Below, in pieces: positions 61,420-64,000 of a stretch of 64,000 bases of DNA. Position 1 is the first letter of the stretch. The number at the start of each line of letters is the position of its first letter. This DNA comes from an uncultured Pseudomonadota bacterium. Lineage in GTDB: Bacteria > Oederibacteriota > Muellerivitia > Muellerivitales > Muellerivitaceae. The notes below the pieces were generated by a model. That model did not search any database, was not told the DNA's origin, and saw nothing but the letters and a program-made list of their open reading frames with translations. The stretch spans positions 209,568-273,567 of the forward strand of contig CAWJKT010000008.1 in NCBI GenBank assembly GCA_963843375.1, in the 5' to 3' direction. A program made the translations under genes and the position numbers.

Positions 61420-62844
61420 TTAAACCTGAGTCAATTCCTTACCCGCCATGCGTAACTTTTCCAAATTCTCGACTGAATGGGCTTCCATGTAGCATCGCAT
61501 AATGGGTTCGGTTCCGGAAAACCGCACCATCAGCCATTCACCGCTGGCAAGAATGAACTGTGTTCCGTCCTTGCGGACAATGTCGATGACTTTTTGGCCG
61601 GCAATTTCCAGGGGTGGATCGTCCTTAAGCCTGGCGGTCATGACTTCTTTAAGTCCATCTTTTAATTTCAAGTTCAACCGGTCGGTATAATAGTTTCCAT
61701 ATTGCTGATAAAGGCCTTTGAGCACCGACGAAAGATTTTTTCCCTCCTGCGCCACTACCTCGGCCATCAAGAGACAAGCCAATATACCGTCCTTTTCGGG
61801 CACATGCCCGTGCACTGTCAGGCCACCCGATTCCTCACCACCAATGATAATGGGCTCTTTCGCCATAATCTCGGCGATATACTTGAAACCCACGGGAGTC
61901 TCTTTGAGGACAACGTTATGGGCTTTGGCGATGGCATCAATGAGATGGGTTGTTGGCACGGTCCGAACAACGCATCCCTTCCAATCACGGGTATTCAAAA
62001 GATGTTCGAAAAGAATGGCCACTACCTCGTTGGGGGAGATATAAGTCCCATCCGAATCGATAATCCCAAACCGGTCCGCGTCCCCATCATTCGCCAAACC
62101 CAGGTGGGCGGGCCAGGTTTTGACCAGATGAACGGCTTCTTTTAGTTCTTCGCTTCCCGGTTCAGGCCGCTGCCCCCCAAATAAAGGGTCTCGGTTGCTG
62201 TGCAGAACTTTCAGGTTCACACCCGCTTCTTGCAAAAGAACGTCAAGATATCCCGCGCCGTTGCCGTGCATCAGATCGATCACTATTTTTAAATGGGCTT
62301 TCTTGAGGACGTCGAACCTCACCAATTCCCGGATTCGCTTGAAATATTCTTCTTTTGGATCAATGGCAATCACCAGTCCCTTTTCCTCGGCTTGGACATA
62401 AGAAAGTTCGGGAATAGGGCCGCCCTTCATGGCGATATTTTCTACCAATGATTCCAGCGCCATAGTCACTTGCACCGAGGCCGGACCGCCGTCGGAACCA
62501 TTGAATTTCAATCCTTGATATTGGGCTGGGTTATGACTGGCCGTGAAATTGATGGAACCGGCGGCTTTTCGGCGGATAAGTTCGTAGGAAACAGTGGGGG
62601 TGGGCGTTCCCAAAGGGCACATATATGAAGTAATACCGTAACCCGCCAACACTTGGGCGGTGATCTTCATGAATTCTTCCGAAAGAAACCGATAATCCCC
62701 GGCCACGATCACGCCTTTGGAGGCCTCCCCCGTCTGCTGGAGATGTTGGGCGATGGCGGCCACGGCGATCTTCACGTTAGCGAAGGTGAAATCATCCGCT
62801 AAAATCGCGCGCCAACCTGAAGTGCCGAAGGTGATTTTTGTCAC
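61420..62844 (-). CDS. Phosphoglucomutase/phosphomannomutase family
   Basis: FGTSGWR, TASHNP, DGDADR, GEESGG, RFSGTEP. Confidence 0.95.
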   Translation of the reverse strand: MTKITFGTSGWRAILADDFTFANVKIAVAAIAQHLQQTGEASKGVIVAGDYRFLSEEFMKITAQVLAGYGITSYMCPLGTPTPTVSYELIRRKAAGSINFTASHNPAQYQGLKFNGSDGGPASVQVTMALESLVENIAMKGGPIPELSYVQAEEKGLVIAIDPKEEYFKRIRELVRFDVLKKAHLKIVIDLMHGNGAGYLDVLLQEAGVNLKVLHSNRDPLFGGQRPEPGSEELKEAVHLVKTWPAHLGLANDGDADRFGIIDSDGTYISPNEVVAILFEHLLNTRDWKGCVVRTVPTTHLIDAIAKAHNVVLKETPVGFKYIAEIMAKEPIIIGGEESGGLTVHGHVPEKDGILACLLMAEVVAQEGKNLSSVLKGLYQQYGNYYTDRLNLKLKDGLKEVMTARLKDDPPLEIAGQKVIDIVRKDGTQFILASGEWLMVRFSGTEPIMRCYMEAHSVENLEKLRMAGKELTQV

Positions 62845-63004
62845 GATGGTTCAAATCCTTTTGAGGTGATCGATCAAAGCGAGGGGAAAGTTTACGGAAA
62901 AAGGTTTATCAGCGCAACGCTTTTAAGTTAAGTGCCCTGGAACCTGTTGCAACTGGGCGTTATCATGACGGCAACTAAAACCCAAGCGACAATGACAGGC
63001 TTCC

Positions 63005-64000
63005 ATGAAATCTTCGGCATCCCAAACTCCTCTTTGGCTTCTCAATCGCATTTTTGGATACCCGTCATTTCGCGGTCGCCAAGAGGCCATCATTCAACAT
63101 GTTTTGGATAACGGTTCCTGCCTGGTGTTGATGCCAACGGGCGGCGGCAAAAGTCTTTGCTTCCAGATTCCTGCCATGTTGAGGCCCGGCCTGGGCCTGG
63201 TGATTTCTCCCCTCATCGCTTTGATGCAGGATCAAGTGGATGCCCTGGTTCAAAACGGAGTGGCCGCAGCCTTTTACAACTCTACTCTGGACGGGCGCCA
63301 AAAAAACGAAATTCGCCTGCAGGCCCAGCAGGGAGAATTGGACCTGCTTTACGTGGCTCCCGAAACCCTCAACAGCCCCGGATTCCGGGATTTTATCGAA
63401 GACCTTCCCTTAGCCCTCATTGCCGTGGATGAGGCCCATTGCGTCTCCCAATGGGGACACGACTTCCGGCCCGAATATCTCCAGATCGCCCACTTACGGG
63501 AACATTTTAGTTCCGCCCCCCTCATTGCCCTGACGGCTACCGCCGATCCCCAAACACAAAAAGAAATCCGTGAGCGCTTGGGATTGGCTCAAGATCCCGT
63601 TTTTTCCTCCAGTTTTGACCGTACTAATATCCGGTATCAAATCACGGTTAAGGAATCCGGCCGCGAACAATTGCTGGACTTTATCCGCACCCACCATCCA
63701 GGGCAAGCGGGCATTGTTTATGTCCTGAGCCGCACGAACACGCAAGAAACCGCTGCATGGCTAACTCAAAAAGGCGTCACGGCATTGCCCTATCACGCCG
63801 GGCTGGATGCGGATTTGCGACGCAAGCACCAAGCCCAATTTCTGCGAGAAGACGGTCTGGTGATGGTGGCAACCATCGCCTTCGGTATGGGCATTGACAA
63901 GCCCAACGTGCGTTTTGTGGCCCACTTGGGGATCCCCAAAAGCGTGGAATCCTATTATCAGGAAACCGGCCGAGCCGGGCGCGACGGCGAGCCCGCCTCG
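63005..64000 (+). CDS. recQ: ATP-dependent DNA helicase RecQ (partial, runs off the window)
   Basis: Own translation: [65 protein letters not shown]. Confidence 0.97.
   Translation, partial: MKSSASQTPLWLLNRIFGYPSFRGRQEAIIQHVLDNGSCLVLMPTGGGKSLCFQIPAMLRPGLGLVISPLIALMQDQVDALVQNGVAAAFYNSTLDGRQKNEIRLQAQQGELDLLYVAPETLNSPGFRDFIEDLPLALIAVDEAHCVSQWGHDFRPEYLQIAHLREHFSSAPLIALTATADPQTQKEIRERLGLAQDPVFSSSFDRTNIRYQITVKESGREQLLDFIRTHHPGQAGIVYVLSRTNTQETAAWLTQKGVTALPYHAGLDADLRRKHQAQFLREDGLVMVATIAFGMGIDKPNVRFVAHLGIPKSVESYYQETGRAGRDGEPAS

Overview
Chromosomal segment of a diderm (Gram-negative-type) bacterium, almost entirely minus-strand. Lineage cannot be assigned from the sequence alone. Left part (1-26 kb) is housekeeping: nnr, acpS, a complete F1Fo operon (atpZ/I/B/E/F/H/A/G/D/C), tandem DUF151 nucleases, AmmeMemoRadiSam A/B, rimI-tsaB-tsaE, thiL, argJ. 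Middle (26-46.7 kb) is accessory: Ada/Ogt, mazEF and two heavy-metal-type RND systems. One RND system is divergent, preceded by an HTH-DUF1232 fusion plus an HTH-only paralogue and followed by a P-II protein. The other sits under an RcnR-type repressor with a visible operator and lies next to a His-rich Ni/Co permease and an MnoP/OprB-type porin. Right part: an S4 protein, three SurA-family genes (one fused to an outer-membrane beta-barrel), mfd, a candidate sigma54-driven orphan zf-HC2 mini-gene, rex, an adenylate cyclase-AAA ATPase-CutA-kinase-receiver cluster, PGM/PMM and the start of recQ. About ten small indels split conserved genes (atpD, tsaE, thiL, mfd, both czcA, tolC); these look like long-read errors. 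No rRNA, tRNA, CRISPR array or transposase was found. All family calls come from motifs read by eye; no searches were run. Best candidates for undescribed systems: the SurA triad with a barrel-anchored member, the HTH-DUF1232/RND/P-II operon, the cyclase-ATPase-CutA-TCS cluster and the sigma54 zf-HC2 unit.
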